A stretch of 32,876 nucleotides of DNA from Hydrurus foetidus (taxonomy: Eukaryota). Under the pieces are notes generated by a model. It had not been told where the DNA came from. It saw only the letters and a program-made list of their open reading frames with translations, and did not search any database. Positions 1-11,492 of this stretch are shown here, in pieces. The translations under genes and the position numbers were made by a program. The stretch is taken from the NCBI GenBank assembly GCA_900617105.1, contig UYFQ01000296.1, forward strand, positions 1 to 32,876. The letters run 5' to 3'. Every line of letters begins with the position of its first letter. Position 1 is the stretch's first letter.

Positions 1-2462
1 GATACCGCCAACTACTCCGAGGATTTTGTTTCTTTCACTATAATTGATAAGTTGAATGCTAAACATAACTGTTATACAGCTTCTAACGTCATTACTGTTT
101 GCTCTGGTCTCGATGGCCAGTGCTATATAAATAACGAAATGATTGATTTAATTCTCAAATTACATTCTTATGACGGTGAGTGTCATACCATTCCTTTAAC
201 GATGCGGGTTAATAGGAACACAGATACTGAACTTTTATTAAATCGCAAAACTGTAAATAAATATGATTTTATGTCATTAAAACCTTTCGCTTTTGGCATT
301 TCTCCCGAGCTTAGTGCCGAGAACAAAAGGAAGCGTGATGCTCGTTGGCTCGAGTTTGAAGAAAGGGAAGCGATAGCCAAGCTTGGCCCGCTTCACTGGC
401 ACAAATATACCAGACGTATGATATCTGAGGGTTTCATACCCGAAGAACCGGAAGTAGAGTCGATTACACCTACATACAATATGTTAAAGGGTATCACAAA
501 AGCAAAACTTTCGGATCGGAAAGAACCACGGTCCATGCCCAAAGCCAACACCTAAGAAGGCCATTCTGCACCCACCTCTAACCAAGGAAGTCATAGGGTC
601 AGGTTATTCATAAAAACGTTCACGTGTGGCGTTATCCAGGTTGGTTCCGAGGGGGTCATGACCCAAAGTCCATGTGGTGATGTGGGTTGTGAGCGACTGG
701 ACAGTGTCTCGACTGTACTCGCGAAACGTATGGATGATACCCCACACCTAGATGGTGACTCGATTCCCATCCTCACACATACCTCTAGGGACACTGTTAC
801 ATCAGACTATGACGCGGAAGCCATATGGCCAAGCGGTGTCGCACTCTCCGTTGACGAGATTGACGATGATTAGACTGATACCTTCGCACCTTTCTTGCGT
901 GACAAGACGTGCCGGAATGTACCGCCCAATGGGCCGGATGATTACTTGTCTAGGATTCATTTTGAAGGAGATGAAAACCTTCAAAAGGATCTCCGTGTAC
1001 TCTTTTCTGAATTCGCTGATATATTCGGTGATAAGCTAGCTCCGCAAGCTGCTTACCTCAAACCGTTTGAGATAAGCTGCCTGAGGTAAAAAATGGGAGG
1101 TTCCATCGAACCACGCACCAGTGCGATCCCAATCCTCTAAAAAGGAACATTATCTCCGCACTTCTATCGAAGAGATGTTGGAAGATGGTGTGATCGAGAG
1201 GTCGAACGCTACATACTACAGTCATCCTGTAATGGTAAATAGACAGCCGATACATATCGAACCTGCATCGATTATCGCGCACTCAATGAATGCATTGAGC
1301 CGGCCTCCTTTCCACTACCAAATATCAAACACCTCTTTGAGAGGATCGGTAATCGAAAACCGGATATTTATGGGGTGATGGATTTAACCGCGGGTTACCA
1401 TCAAGCTCCCTTATATACACCCCACCGAATCTATACGGCATTTATATGTTTCATGGGGGTGTTTCAATTCACGAGATTGCCTTTTGGCCCTTGTCGTACC
1501 CCTCTTACTTTCAAGAGCAGATAGAAACGACGGTCCTCCACGGTCTCATATACAGCTGTTGCGAGATGTATCTCGACGATTGCATTGTATATGGCCGGGG
1601 CGAAGCAGAGTTTCTTTTGAACTTGAGGAAAGTCTTTGAGAGATTTAGACTTAAAAATCTTAAACTCAAAGCAAAGAAATGCCGATTCGGTCTTAAACGT
1701 ATCGAATACGTAGGACGAGTCATCGACAAAGATGGTTTATCCATGTCGAAAGAAAAGATTGAGACAGTGCTCAACTTTCCACTTCCGAAAGAAGTTACGG
1801 CATTACGGGGATTCCTTGGCTTGGCCAATTATTTCCGTCAATTCGTTCCTTTTCACTCGGAAATGGTAAAACCACTTCACATGATGGTGGACCCAAAGGC
1901 GGTTAAACGCTCTCCAATTTTTTGGACCCTCGAACGGACAAACGCATTCAATGAGACAAAGATCGCTGTATCTCGTTGTCCATTGATGTATTTCATCGAT
2001 GAAACCTCACCCATCAGATTGTATACTGATGCATCTGATTATGGAATCGGTGGTGTATTATTCCAAGTCGTTAATGACGAATGGAAACCAATCGCTTTTA
2101 TTAGCAAATCTCTATCTGCATCTCAGATTAATTGGTCAACAATACAAAAGGAGGCTTACGCTATCTTTTATTGCTGCCAACAATTGGATTACCTTATCCG
2201 AGATAGAAAATTCACTATTCATACTGATCATATGAATTTGACATATATGAAACAAAACCCTACTTCGATGGTAGCACGGTGGTTCATTGCAATGCAAGAA
2301 CTCGATTTCACCGTTCATTTTGTTAAAGGATCGGATAACGAATTAGCCGATGCGCTGTCACGGTTATGTCCGAATCTTACTGAAATTGCTCTACCGTTGA
2401 CAATTACCAGAGATGTTTTTCATCATCATCTTCATCTTCTTCCACAAGTGTGGCGGCTTTAA
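1..2462 (+). pseudogene. pol: Gypsy pol, protease-RT-RNase H portion, disrupted
   Basis: Frame 1 from base 1 reads DTANYSEDFVS (retropepsin-like D-T-A). RT motifs: YRTCIDYRALN, DLTAGYHQ, RLPFG, YLDD (1569-1580). RNase H motifs: LYTDASDYGIG, KEAYAI, TDH, ADALSR. In-frame stops at 553-555 and 871-873; frameshifts near ~1080, ~1240, ~1500 and ~2410-2450. Confidence 0.92.
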
Positions 2463-3775
2463 CGGTCATCGAACCGGCCACAGATGAACAAATACTTCAT
2501 ATTCAGATGTGCCACAATGCAATTGTTGGTCACAACGGTGTCGACCGTACCCTCACTCGACTGTACAGTCTAAACCAAGTGTGGAAAAATATGAAACAGC
2601 ACGTACGTTCATACATACGTAACTGCCCTTGTTGTCAAAAACTAAGTGCAGTTGATGCGGAAATCAATGCGGCCCATTTTTCAACTTCTACTCACGCAAT
2701 TTTCGATACGTTGAATATTGACTATGTGGGTCCCTTCCCCGATAAGGGGTATATTCTCGTCATAATTGACACCTTCTCCAGATGGACAGAAATGTTCTGG
2801 TGTAAGGACGCTACTGCAGAATCTGCAGCGGAGAGTTTATTAACACATTTTGGTCGATTCGGTTTGCCAAACATGATAAGATCGGATCGTGGATCCCATT
2901 TCGCTAATGATCTCATAAAAGAGTTCTTGGATCTTACGGGTACGCCCCATAACCTCACTCTAGCTTACTCCTCTCAAGAGAATGCAATTGTTGAACGAGT
3001 CAATAAAGAGATAAATAGACATTTAAAAGGGCTGGTGTTCGATACACCGTCTCTTGTCCATTATGCAAAATGCATTCCGTTCGTACAACGAATTATTAAT
3101 AGTTCAGTTAATAAACGTACGGGTGCAAGTCCAGCATCTATCCTATTCGCGGATAAACTTGATTTGAATAGAGGGATTTTAACGCCTCATTTGTTACCAA
3201 TGGTATCATCTTCAAATTCAACATACATAGCTGATTTAATCGAGATACAGGACAAAGTCCTCGATGCAGCAATCGACTCACTTCAAAAATGTGATGAAAA
3301 ACACAAAAAGTCGACATCCGGTTTGACAGTGTTCCCTATAGGGTCGTATGTCTTGGTAAAACAAGAACACCCTCCAACTCGATTACACACTAAATGGAAA
3401 GGTCCTTTCCGTGTTGTGTCCTTTGAAGGATCCGAGTATGTTCTCGCGAACTTAATTACACATGAACACAATAGTGTACATGTAACGAATCTTAAATTAT
3501 TTAATTATCACCCTTCGATGGGCTTACCTGCTGATACAGCACGTCGCGATTACATGGAGTATTTCGTTGAGAAAGTTCTTAATCACTCGGGTGATAAAAA
3601 GAAACCGACATCCATGTCGTTCCATGTTAAATGGCTCAACTATGATGACTCACATAATACATGGGAGCCTTGGAAGAATCTCCGGCTCTGTGACGCACTC
3701 CATGTATACTTGAGGAACAATAACATGTCGCGTTTTGTTCCCAGGAATATTGAGGGATCAACCACCGAGGTTTGA
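2450..3775 (+). CDS. Gypsy integrase with GPY/F motif and C-terminal chromodomain (open frame, part of pol)
   Basis: HHCC zinc finger (CHNAIVGH...CPCC), DDE core (NIDYVGP, SDRGSHF, ENAIVER), WKGPFRV, and chromodomain YFVEKVLNH...FHVKWLNYDDSHNTWEPWKNL. Confidence 0.93.
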   Translation: MAALTVIEPATDEQILHIQMCHNAIVGHNGVDRTLTRLYSLNQVWKNMKQHVRSYIRNCPCCQKLSAVDAEINAAHFSTSTHAIFDTLNIDYVGPFPDKGYILVIIDTFSRWTEMFWCKDATAESAAESLLTHFGRFGLPNMIRSDRGSHFANDLIKEFLDLTGTPHNLTLAYSSQENAIVERVNKEINRHLKGLVFDTPSLVHYAKCIPFVQRIINSSVNKRTGASPASILFADKLDLNRGILTPHLLPMVSSSNSTYIADLIEIQDKVLDAAIDSLQKCDEKHKKSTSGLTVFPIGSYVLVKQEHPPTRLHTKWKGPFRVVSFEGSEYVLANLITHEHNSVHVTNLKLFNYHPSMGLPADTARRDYMEYFVEKVLNHSGDKKKPTSMSFHVKWLNYDDSHNTWEPWKNLRLCDALHVYLRNNNMSRFVPRNIEGSTTEV

Positions 3776-4091
3776 GCTCGAACGTAATATCTTTTGAAGA
3801 TTTTTTGGCCTAATTTTTGCCCTCACGAGGGATTTTTATGGCTTTTTAGTCATTAAAAATCTGACATAATTACGTTTGACCCTCGTACAACAGAACGATT
3901 CTGTTTTGTACATACTCCCTTATCCATATCTTTCTCACGATTCCCGAAACCCCTTCGAAATTTCTTTTGTATATACTTGCACTTTTTAAATTATTGTACA
4001 TATTTTTGATTTTCGTCTTCCGTTATCATTTATGTTATTAGTTAAAGAAACGGGGGTTTCGCCATAGTTTAGTGTAGTTTAGATTTTCTTT

Positions 4092-4116
4092 GAGAAAGAA
4101 GGATAAGTGGGGGTAG
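4092..4116 (+). other. Polypurine tract (plus-strand primer site)
   Basis: GAGAAAGAAGGATAAGTGGGGGTAG lies immediately before TG at 4117, about 320 bp after the integrase stop. Confidence 0.75.
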
Positions 4117-4409
4117 TGTGGTAGTTCCGGGTCCAAGGTCCCGATCCTACCGGATAGTACTACGGTACACTACCCACCGTACACTACAGTCTGTTGTATC
4201 GTCGTAGCCATTTACAGCCTCCACGTAGAAGTTAACCCTAGCTTCTAGCTCATAGCCGTAACTAACTACCGATCTCTAGCCTTCCATCTCTTCTTTTCCC
4301 ATCCGAGCTATATTCCCAATGAATAGTAATTTTCGTGAAATTCGACCAAGTTCGCGTAGCGTAAATCAAGATTGAAGTTAGAATTGTGACCTTAATTTGT
4401 TTTGTCACA
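4117..4409 (+). repeat. Putative 3' LTR
   Basis: Starts TGTG right after the PPT; the candidate end is CACA at 4406-4409. The 5' LTR is outside the window, so the end cannot be verified. Confidence 0.55.
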
Positions 4410-4461
4410 GTAAAATAATTTCATTTATATTTAAATAAACTCTCCACTCTTAGAAAAAAAA

Positions 4462-7400
4462 ATGATGGTAAAAACAATTAAATGGTCATCTTCCAGATTT
4501 TAGCTGCTCGTCGTGTAATGTAGCAACTTCTCGAGGAGTTGGCAATTGGCGAGAGTTTTAAAATAAGTTGAGTTCCGCTAACTACTGTATAAACTGCAAA
4601 ATAACTGCCCACCCTTTCTTCTGATTCTACGTCGAAGAGCTGTACAAGCCCTGTGAACGCGCTACAGTGGCAGTAAATGCTGAATCAAGCAAGCTTCGAC
4701 TGGATCAATTTGACCGCTCTGAAAACATCATCGAAGGCATGTTGAAAAAGTATCAGGAGCTCCATTCAGAGCTCAGCAATAGGGCATCGAAGAGGAGCAG
4801 GATCAGCGGCAAACAGCTATTAGTTCTCATCCGGGAATTCACGTACTATTCATCATTGGCATCCGATTATCAATGGGTTCTTTTGATACTCCAGATTGCG
4901 AAGGGTGCAGCTGACAGTGAAGCTGAACTCAAGATGTTTCGTGTGTGCTGGTATCTTATCACATCATCTCTTCTCTACAACGACTGGACGGGATTCAACG
5001 ATCAACGCCAGGCTGTAATCGTTGAGGCCAACTTGCTGGCAAATGATGAGATGAAGCATTCATCTGGTAGCAAAGCTTGCTTACTAATTCGCAGTTTAGG
5101 ATCGCTTACATCACCTTCTGCGACATCGCATTCTGCAAGTATCGTACTGACAGGAAAGGCGCTTGTCCGCTTGTGGCAAATGAAAGGAGCGCAGAAAAAG
5201 CTACCAACTCAATTGGAATTGCAGACATGGCGGTCTTACCTCTCAGCTCTTCGCAGAACATTAGATTTTGCACGTGAAACTGGCGAAAGCTGTATTCCAA
5301 CAGACTGCATTGAAGCATTACTAAGTGGATCCGCATCTGCTGATGCATCAGTATCTAGACACAGCACAGCTCTTTTATTGATTGTTGCAAAAGCTCTGAG
5401 CATTACTGATGGTGACAAAGCTGTGGAGATGTCTTTACTGGCAAATAATGTTCTTTCGCTTTTAAGTTCTTTCCAGTCAGAAAAAGACTTTGCTAATGTG
5501 CAGAGTGTTTCTAATTTCATACAACTGGTAGCAGTATTGTCCATTCGTAAAGGTGTTTCCAAGTCATGCATCATCGGATTAAACTCGCAAATATTGAGAT
5601 TGCTTCGACATCCCGTGTAAGTCCTGACATAAATCTCACTCGCAATTTTTTATTGTGACTGTGGATTTTATCTCACCTAATGTAGTCTTTCTTGCAAACC
5701 TATGGACTGTTATATTATCAGTAATTCTTGCATCTCATCTCTTGCTGATATGATTATATGCAGCCAAAAAGTGTTCGCGGATGTGGTGCATCATCTACTG
5801 CGTAATTCGAGGGCAAAGAGTATCGTGAGTGCAGTGCAGCTGACAGACAAGCTGTATAGAGAAAAGAGCGTCATCTCTACAATGGCTTCTCAGTGCCTAT
5901 CGCGACTGTCTTCTGCTTGTGCCGATATGGCCGCTGGAAAATATCCCTACCTCACTCTGCCTTGCCTGCTGAGAGCAGCTGCTGAGATAGGACGATTCAG
6001 CTGTGACTGCTGTGTGCGCTATACAGAGATTACTCTACTCGATAATCTCTGGAAGGAGATTCTGGATCTAATCGATTCCCTCTCCATCGGTCTACTCACA
6101 CAGCCGCACATTATCCTGGATGCTCTTACAGCTGCTGTATGGGTGACTCAGAGCGGACTAGACACCAGTGGTGACGCACAGCATGACGAGGGGCATCAGT
6201 GGCTGGCTCTTACGGACCGGATAGACCGAGCTGTACCGCTGTTGGGTCTCAATGGTGATAGCGTGCTTCCTCTTGCTCTCCTCTCTTCTGTGTTGGAGAG
6301 GTGCAAGCAATATGAGTCATCCTCAGTCCTCATTGAATCTGACTCAAATGACCTCAATCAAAGGGAAAGAGGAGGTGACACTGTTATATTTCATCACTCC
6401 CTAGAGGGCTTGAGACTTCTGATAGCCACAGGGGAGAGTGTAGTGCGACACTATCCTAGTAAAGAGACAGCCACTGCTCTAGCGAGTGTGTGGACTTATG
6501 TTGCACAATTCACGATACCGCCTAGCAGTGATGCTATAGACGGGCAGGACACAAGCAGGGCTGTGAGACGGGTGTACGGGGACGTACTGGATACGTCCGA
6601 CCTGGTCCCTCCCAGTACATCCCCTCTGACTCCCCCTCCTACATCTGCCCTATCGATCCTAGACCTCTCAGATCCCAACAGCGCATTGTCAACAGCCAAT
6701 AGAAGTGCATGCAGTGCGGAGCAGACAGTGCACGCTATGCTACACTCTTCCCTCTCCAAGGCTCTGCAGTCAGAACTCTTCCTCTACCCCGAGAATAATC
6801 CCTACCCCTCCGTGCCACACAGAAGACACAGGGACATGGAAGGAGAGCGGGTAGCTGATCTGCGACTAAAACGGGATTCTCTCTGGCATCTTGCAGAACA
6901 TGTATGTACTTTCAATTTCCCGTCTGCTGATGTCTTGTGCTTCATTGTATTAGTTTACGCTATTCGACTGATTCTCATCCTATCCTATCATGATGAGAGA
7001 TAGTAATCACTGCATGTCACCATTGATTCCTGTACTGTACCGTATTGCTCTGTACTGTACTGTTCTGTGCTCTACTATACTGTACTGTACTACACTGTAC
7101 TGTACCGCAATGTACCGCACTGTTCTGTGCAGCACTGTACTGCCCTGTGTGCTACTGTACTGTACTGTACTACACTGTACTGTACTGTGCTGGACTGTGC
7201 TACACTGTCCTGTACTGTACTGTACTATGCTGTGCTGTACTGTACTGTACTATGCTACTGTACTGTACTGTACTGTACTGTACTGTACTGTACTGTACTG
7301 TACTGTACTGTACTGTACTGTACTGTCCTGTACTGTACTGTACTGTACTACACTGTGCTGTATTGTACTGCACTGTTCTGCACTACTGTACTGTACTGTA

Positions 7401-10323
7401 CTATACTGTACTGTACTGCAGTGCATTGCTCTTTATTTTATTGTATTATAGTAACATCCACCACTGTTTTTCTCTCTTTCTGCACTGGCAGGCAATATTG
7501 CTGCCGAGTGCTGACAAGGAAGTCAAAGCACTTGTTAAAGTTCTAATCCAGGTAAACCCTGTCATGCACCGCTTCTATCTCACTTCACTTCAATAGAGAA
7601 CAGATCATTTCATTTTTAATCTAACCATTTATGAAGCAATCCTTTCATGGCAGATGAAGATGATTTGAAAGTTAATCTGCGTCGATGTTTCTTGATGTTT
7701 CTCGAAGAACCATAACATCTATAATGCCATCGTTCTATCATGCTACCCCTCCCTTACCCCTTCTTTTCCCTCCCCCTGATGATGTCAGTACGTGACTCTT
7801 GGATCAGATTCCATGAGAATGATTGCTGCTAATGGACTACTTAAAATAGCCGGTAGACTGTGTCAGGTAGCATCATCGAAGAAGATTGCTGGCCCTCAAA
7901 ACGTTCCTAAGAAAACAGATGCTCTGCAACTCCTCTTAACAGCGCCCCAAGGGGATGCTGCCACTATCGGTCTACTGGGAATGGGCAGTCAAGGCAGTGA
8001 CGATGCGTCACCGTGTGTGTGGGCTGGCCATATGACGGCATACGTCATGCACGACATAGCCGTTATAGTTGGTGATGCCCTTGGTCTCACTAACACCACT
8101 AGTAGATGTAGTGACCGCGCTCAGAAGGACACTGACAGGATCAGTTATCATGTGAGCAGCAACACACCGTACTCTCCATTAGCTGACTCTCTCGTACAGT
8201 ACGTGCAGGCTGAGCGGCACACTGAAGTCGCCATGACAAAGAGTGATAAAAGTAAGGCATCAATGCCATCATCAGATACTTCTACATGGCGCAAACTAGA
8301 TGCTTCAAAATCGTCCCCATCTCCTAGTCCTATTGTGGAACACCTGTGGTCAGGTCTTGTTCAAATGTCTCCCTCCACCTCGGAGTCCACCAACACGTCC
8401 ACTGTCAGTGTTGCCCCGAGAGGCTCTGAATCTTCTAAAGTATCTTCAGTTAGCGAGAAAGAGAGAGGGAGAGGATTGTTCATGCCGAGACAGCCTGTTC
8501 GTGTGACTACAAAGAGACCACCCAGTATCTCTCCCTTCTTCTCACCCGCTGCAGAGTGTGTGAGTCCTGTCCCTACCTCATCCCTAGTCTCCTCTAAGAA
8601 GTTAGAGTACACTCCGACTCGACTCGACTTCATGGGCAACAGCAGCTTCAACGCCAATTCCAATTCCAACTCTCTATTCGGATTCATGGATGACACTGCA
8701 GTGACCACTTCTGAAGCGTATTCCCCCCCTCCCAACCCTCCCTTCGTCTCTAGCGAAGCAGTGGGAGGCAATCTGGATTTTCTTACTACTCCTGTGGGTT
8801 CTAGAAACGCGTCTATCAACTTGCCTGATACGGTGCAGTCATTTGTCACAGACAGTACCCTCTACTCCCCTGCGACTGATAACTTCACTGGGTTTGACTT
8901 CACTGCATCAAAGAATGGCGCTGCACCCGACAGTGCTGTCGAGCCGTACTTCCCCCCCGACTGGCTGGACGATATTCAACCGGCCAAGACGGACCCCCCA
9001 GTGAAATCAGCATCGACAACGATATTCTCTACTACAGCTGCCGAGCCTGATCCGCTGTATGCGTTTTCTTCTAGCTCTGCATTTGAAGTTCCTATTAGAA
9101 TGAGCGGTGACGCTGAAGGCTTTAGAATGAGGACGAGGACGAGATCCAGTTCGTCTGAATCTACCAGTGATCTGCAGCTACGACAACCACCACCTAGAGT
9201 CACAGATAGTAGACGAAACACACCCACTATTTCCAAGTTCCGTATAACTTCAAGTAGCCGCGACTCAGCGACTCCCACATTTGCCAACTCTTCTAGCGAA
9301 TATAGAACACAAGATTATCCATCTGAGAGTGATGCACCCAATGCGAGTGAAGCCTCCCAAAACCATAATGCTTTATTCAGCCAGTCGGAGAAGTTTCCTA
9401 TGCCGTTCGCTGCATCCTCATCATCCAATCCATCCCCGTCCTCCTCCTCTGCTTTCTCTGCCTCTCTCTCCGCTTCTTCTTTTGAACCATCGAAACCTAC
9501 TGTCAATATCGATCTGGACTTTCTCGATCTGGAGAACAAAAATCATCAAGGCTCCGTCTCCCAAAAAATACCTAGTCCTTCATTCTCCTCCTCTTCCTCT
9601 TCCTCTTCAGCCCTTGCAAGGAATAAGGTGCAAGTTATGGCACTCAAACCCCCTACAGTCAAATCACTGATCACTAGAAAGCCTTCAAAGCCCACAATGA
9701 GGGAGGCAGCCGACCTACTCAACCTATCCGCTCCCTCTCCATTCGATGCGCCCTCACCATTCCTATCCACTACAGCTACCACTCTGCAAAAGACGGACCC
9801 AGACCCGTTCGGGCCGGCCTTTGCGTTGATCCCCGTACCTTTCTCAGCCAGCACACCGGATTTATTCGCAGCAACACCTACTAGCGCATCAATTGCAACT
9901 GCAGCTTCGGCATCGGCATTAACATCAGCGGCATTCACACCATCTATCGCAGATCCGTTCACCACTCCCTTCACTGCAACACAAACGAAGAAAACCTACG
10001 CCACCACTATCCCTCAATATGCCCTTCAATACCCCTACCCCAACTATCCACCTGGAGCTGACCCAAGGATGTACTATCCCCCTGGCCCGTACTCTGCCCC
10101 CAGTCCACACGCCTACCACTATCAGATCCCACTACCCCAACAGGGCTTCGCATACGTGCCTCCTCAACTCCCACAGCCAGGTGCTACGTACAGTACTGCC
10201 CCTGGGGGATGGCAGCAGACCACTGGATCGGGCCCCATCCCCATTGGGGTCAATGCAGGGACTGCACCAAATGTGCCAGCTGTGGATGAGGTGAATCCTT
10301 TCGATCAGTTTCTTAAGAAATAA
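4462..10323 (+). CDS. Large (~1586 aa) helical-solenoid protein with a disordered tail of endocytic motifs; adaptin large-subunit-like (TSAUCER/TASH3 candidate)
   Basis: Frame-consistent GT-AG model: 4462-4467 and 4524-4566 (both tentative), 4638-5616, 5764-6901, 7492-7551, 7789-10323, total 4761 nt. The N-terminal part is Leu-rich and helical-looking; the C-terminal part is S/P/T-rich with DPF twice (9802, 9952), LDFLDLE (9514), DLL (9712) and a terminal NPF (10294). Confidence 0.8.
7030..7425 (+). repeat. Degenerate (TACTG)n pentanucleotide microsatellite in an intron
   Basis: 14 perfect TACTG units at 7256-7325, flanked by variants (TGCTG, CACTG, TACCG). Lies within intron 6902-7491. Confidence 0.97.
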
Positions 10324-11492
10324 AAGGGTGGACGAGAGGGAGAGAAGGAGGGGGAGAAAAGGAGTTGGAGAAAGAGGAAGGGAAGAACAGAGGGAGGAAG
10401 GGAAGGACTGCTTCACCCACTGAGCAACATCATCGCTCACCATATCTTCTACCATCCATCCATCCATCCATGCTGTAGTACCACTCTGCTTTGCAGTGCC
10501 GCTTACATGTCATAACATCTATTTGTATTCTTTGATGGACGCAGTTGTCTCAGAGCCATGAGTACCGGATAAATGTCATCGATGCCGTCTCAACTGAATG
10601 GCTGAACAGGGTTACATCATGGAGATAGATGTTCTTATTATTTATGTATATATTCAGCTGGATAAGTAGTGTAACATAAATAAGACTTTGCGCCTATTGT
10701 TTTGAATATCATGAGAGGAGTGGCGTACTGAATACTGAATATTCAATGTTCAGTTGAATCAGCGGAGCTTCTGTACCTGAAACATGAATGACAGGAAGTG
10801 CATCTCGGAGGACGATGGGAAGACACCATCAACAACTGAATATTGGCTTTCAATTACGAAGGATTTCTAAGGCCAGAATTCCAGGAGCAGGACCGGGGTC
10901 TTTCAGGGGGGGATGGGAACGGAACACCGGTCCAAGTACTGTGACTTAAGAAGCCACAGGAGAAAGGAGATAGATTATTGTTGTCACGATGCAACTACTA
11001 TTAAGTATCTGCCAACTGCCAATGTTGATGAATAGTCATGCGTCTGAGAGGAGGCAAAAGAAAGCAGTTGCCATGCATGATGTAAGATGCTAAGCAGTGA
11101 ACAGTACGAGCAGCAGTCCGTTGAGATACGATTCATGATAATATACCGGATAGATCGACCCAGTACCGCCCCGGACCATTTCGGTTTTCGGTTCACGAGC
11201 GCTTTCCAACTTTTCACTGTGTAGAGGCTGTCAATTACCGTCTCCTCAATTCGAATTAGATAGGGAAGAACAACTTCAGCAGAGGTTTCTGCGCTGTCTT
11301 ATTGCTCGTGAGATCGCATCAATGAGATGGAATCTCATGAACAACGACCTAGGTGATGTCAAAGAAGTTACGGTCGCTGTTTGAGAAAGTCCATATCATA
11401 GAATAAGTCGTATCATCAAAGGCTACTCCTGTAGCTGGCTCATCCAAGGAGCCTCGTGTAGTTAGCGTTCAATCTTATACGGGTTGCACACC

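Larger units (their letters stand above)
1..4409 (+). mobile_element. Ty3/Gypsy chromodomain-bearing LTR retrotransposon, 5'-truncated by the window, degenerate
   Basis: Domain order PR-RT-RH-IN-CHD is the Ty3/Gypsy order. A purine-rich tract at 4092-4116 is followed by TGTGG at 4117. The right boundary (CACA ending 4409) is tentative. Confidence 0.93.

Noticed and set aside
6990..7596. Three overlapping Cys/Tyr/Val/Leu-rich ORFs (YCTVL repeats)
   Set aside because: They are translations of the (TACTG)n microsatellite, which is stop-free in all + frames, and lie in an intron. Only 7492-7551 is a real exon.
8300..10467. Several antisense and alternate-frame ORFs over the large exon
   Set aside because: Shadows of a long S/P/T-rich coding exon with no independent motifs.
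10500..11460. Possible gene between the large gene and MUB (ORF 10984-11217, -)
   Set aside because: I could not build a coherent spliced model or find a recognisable motif.
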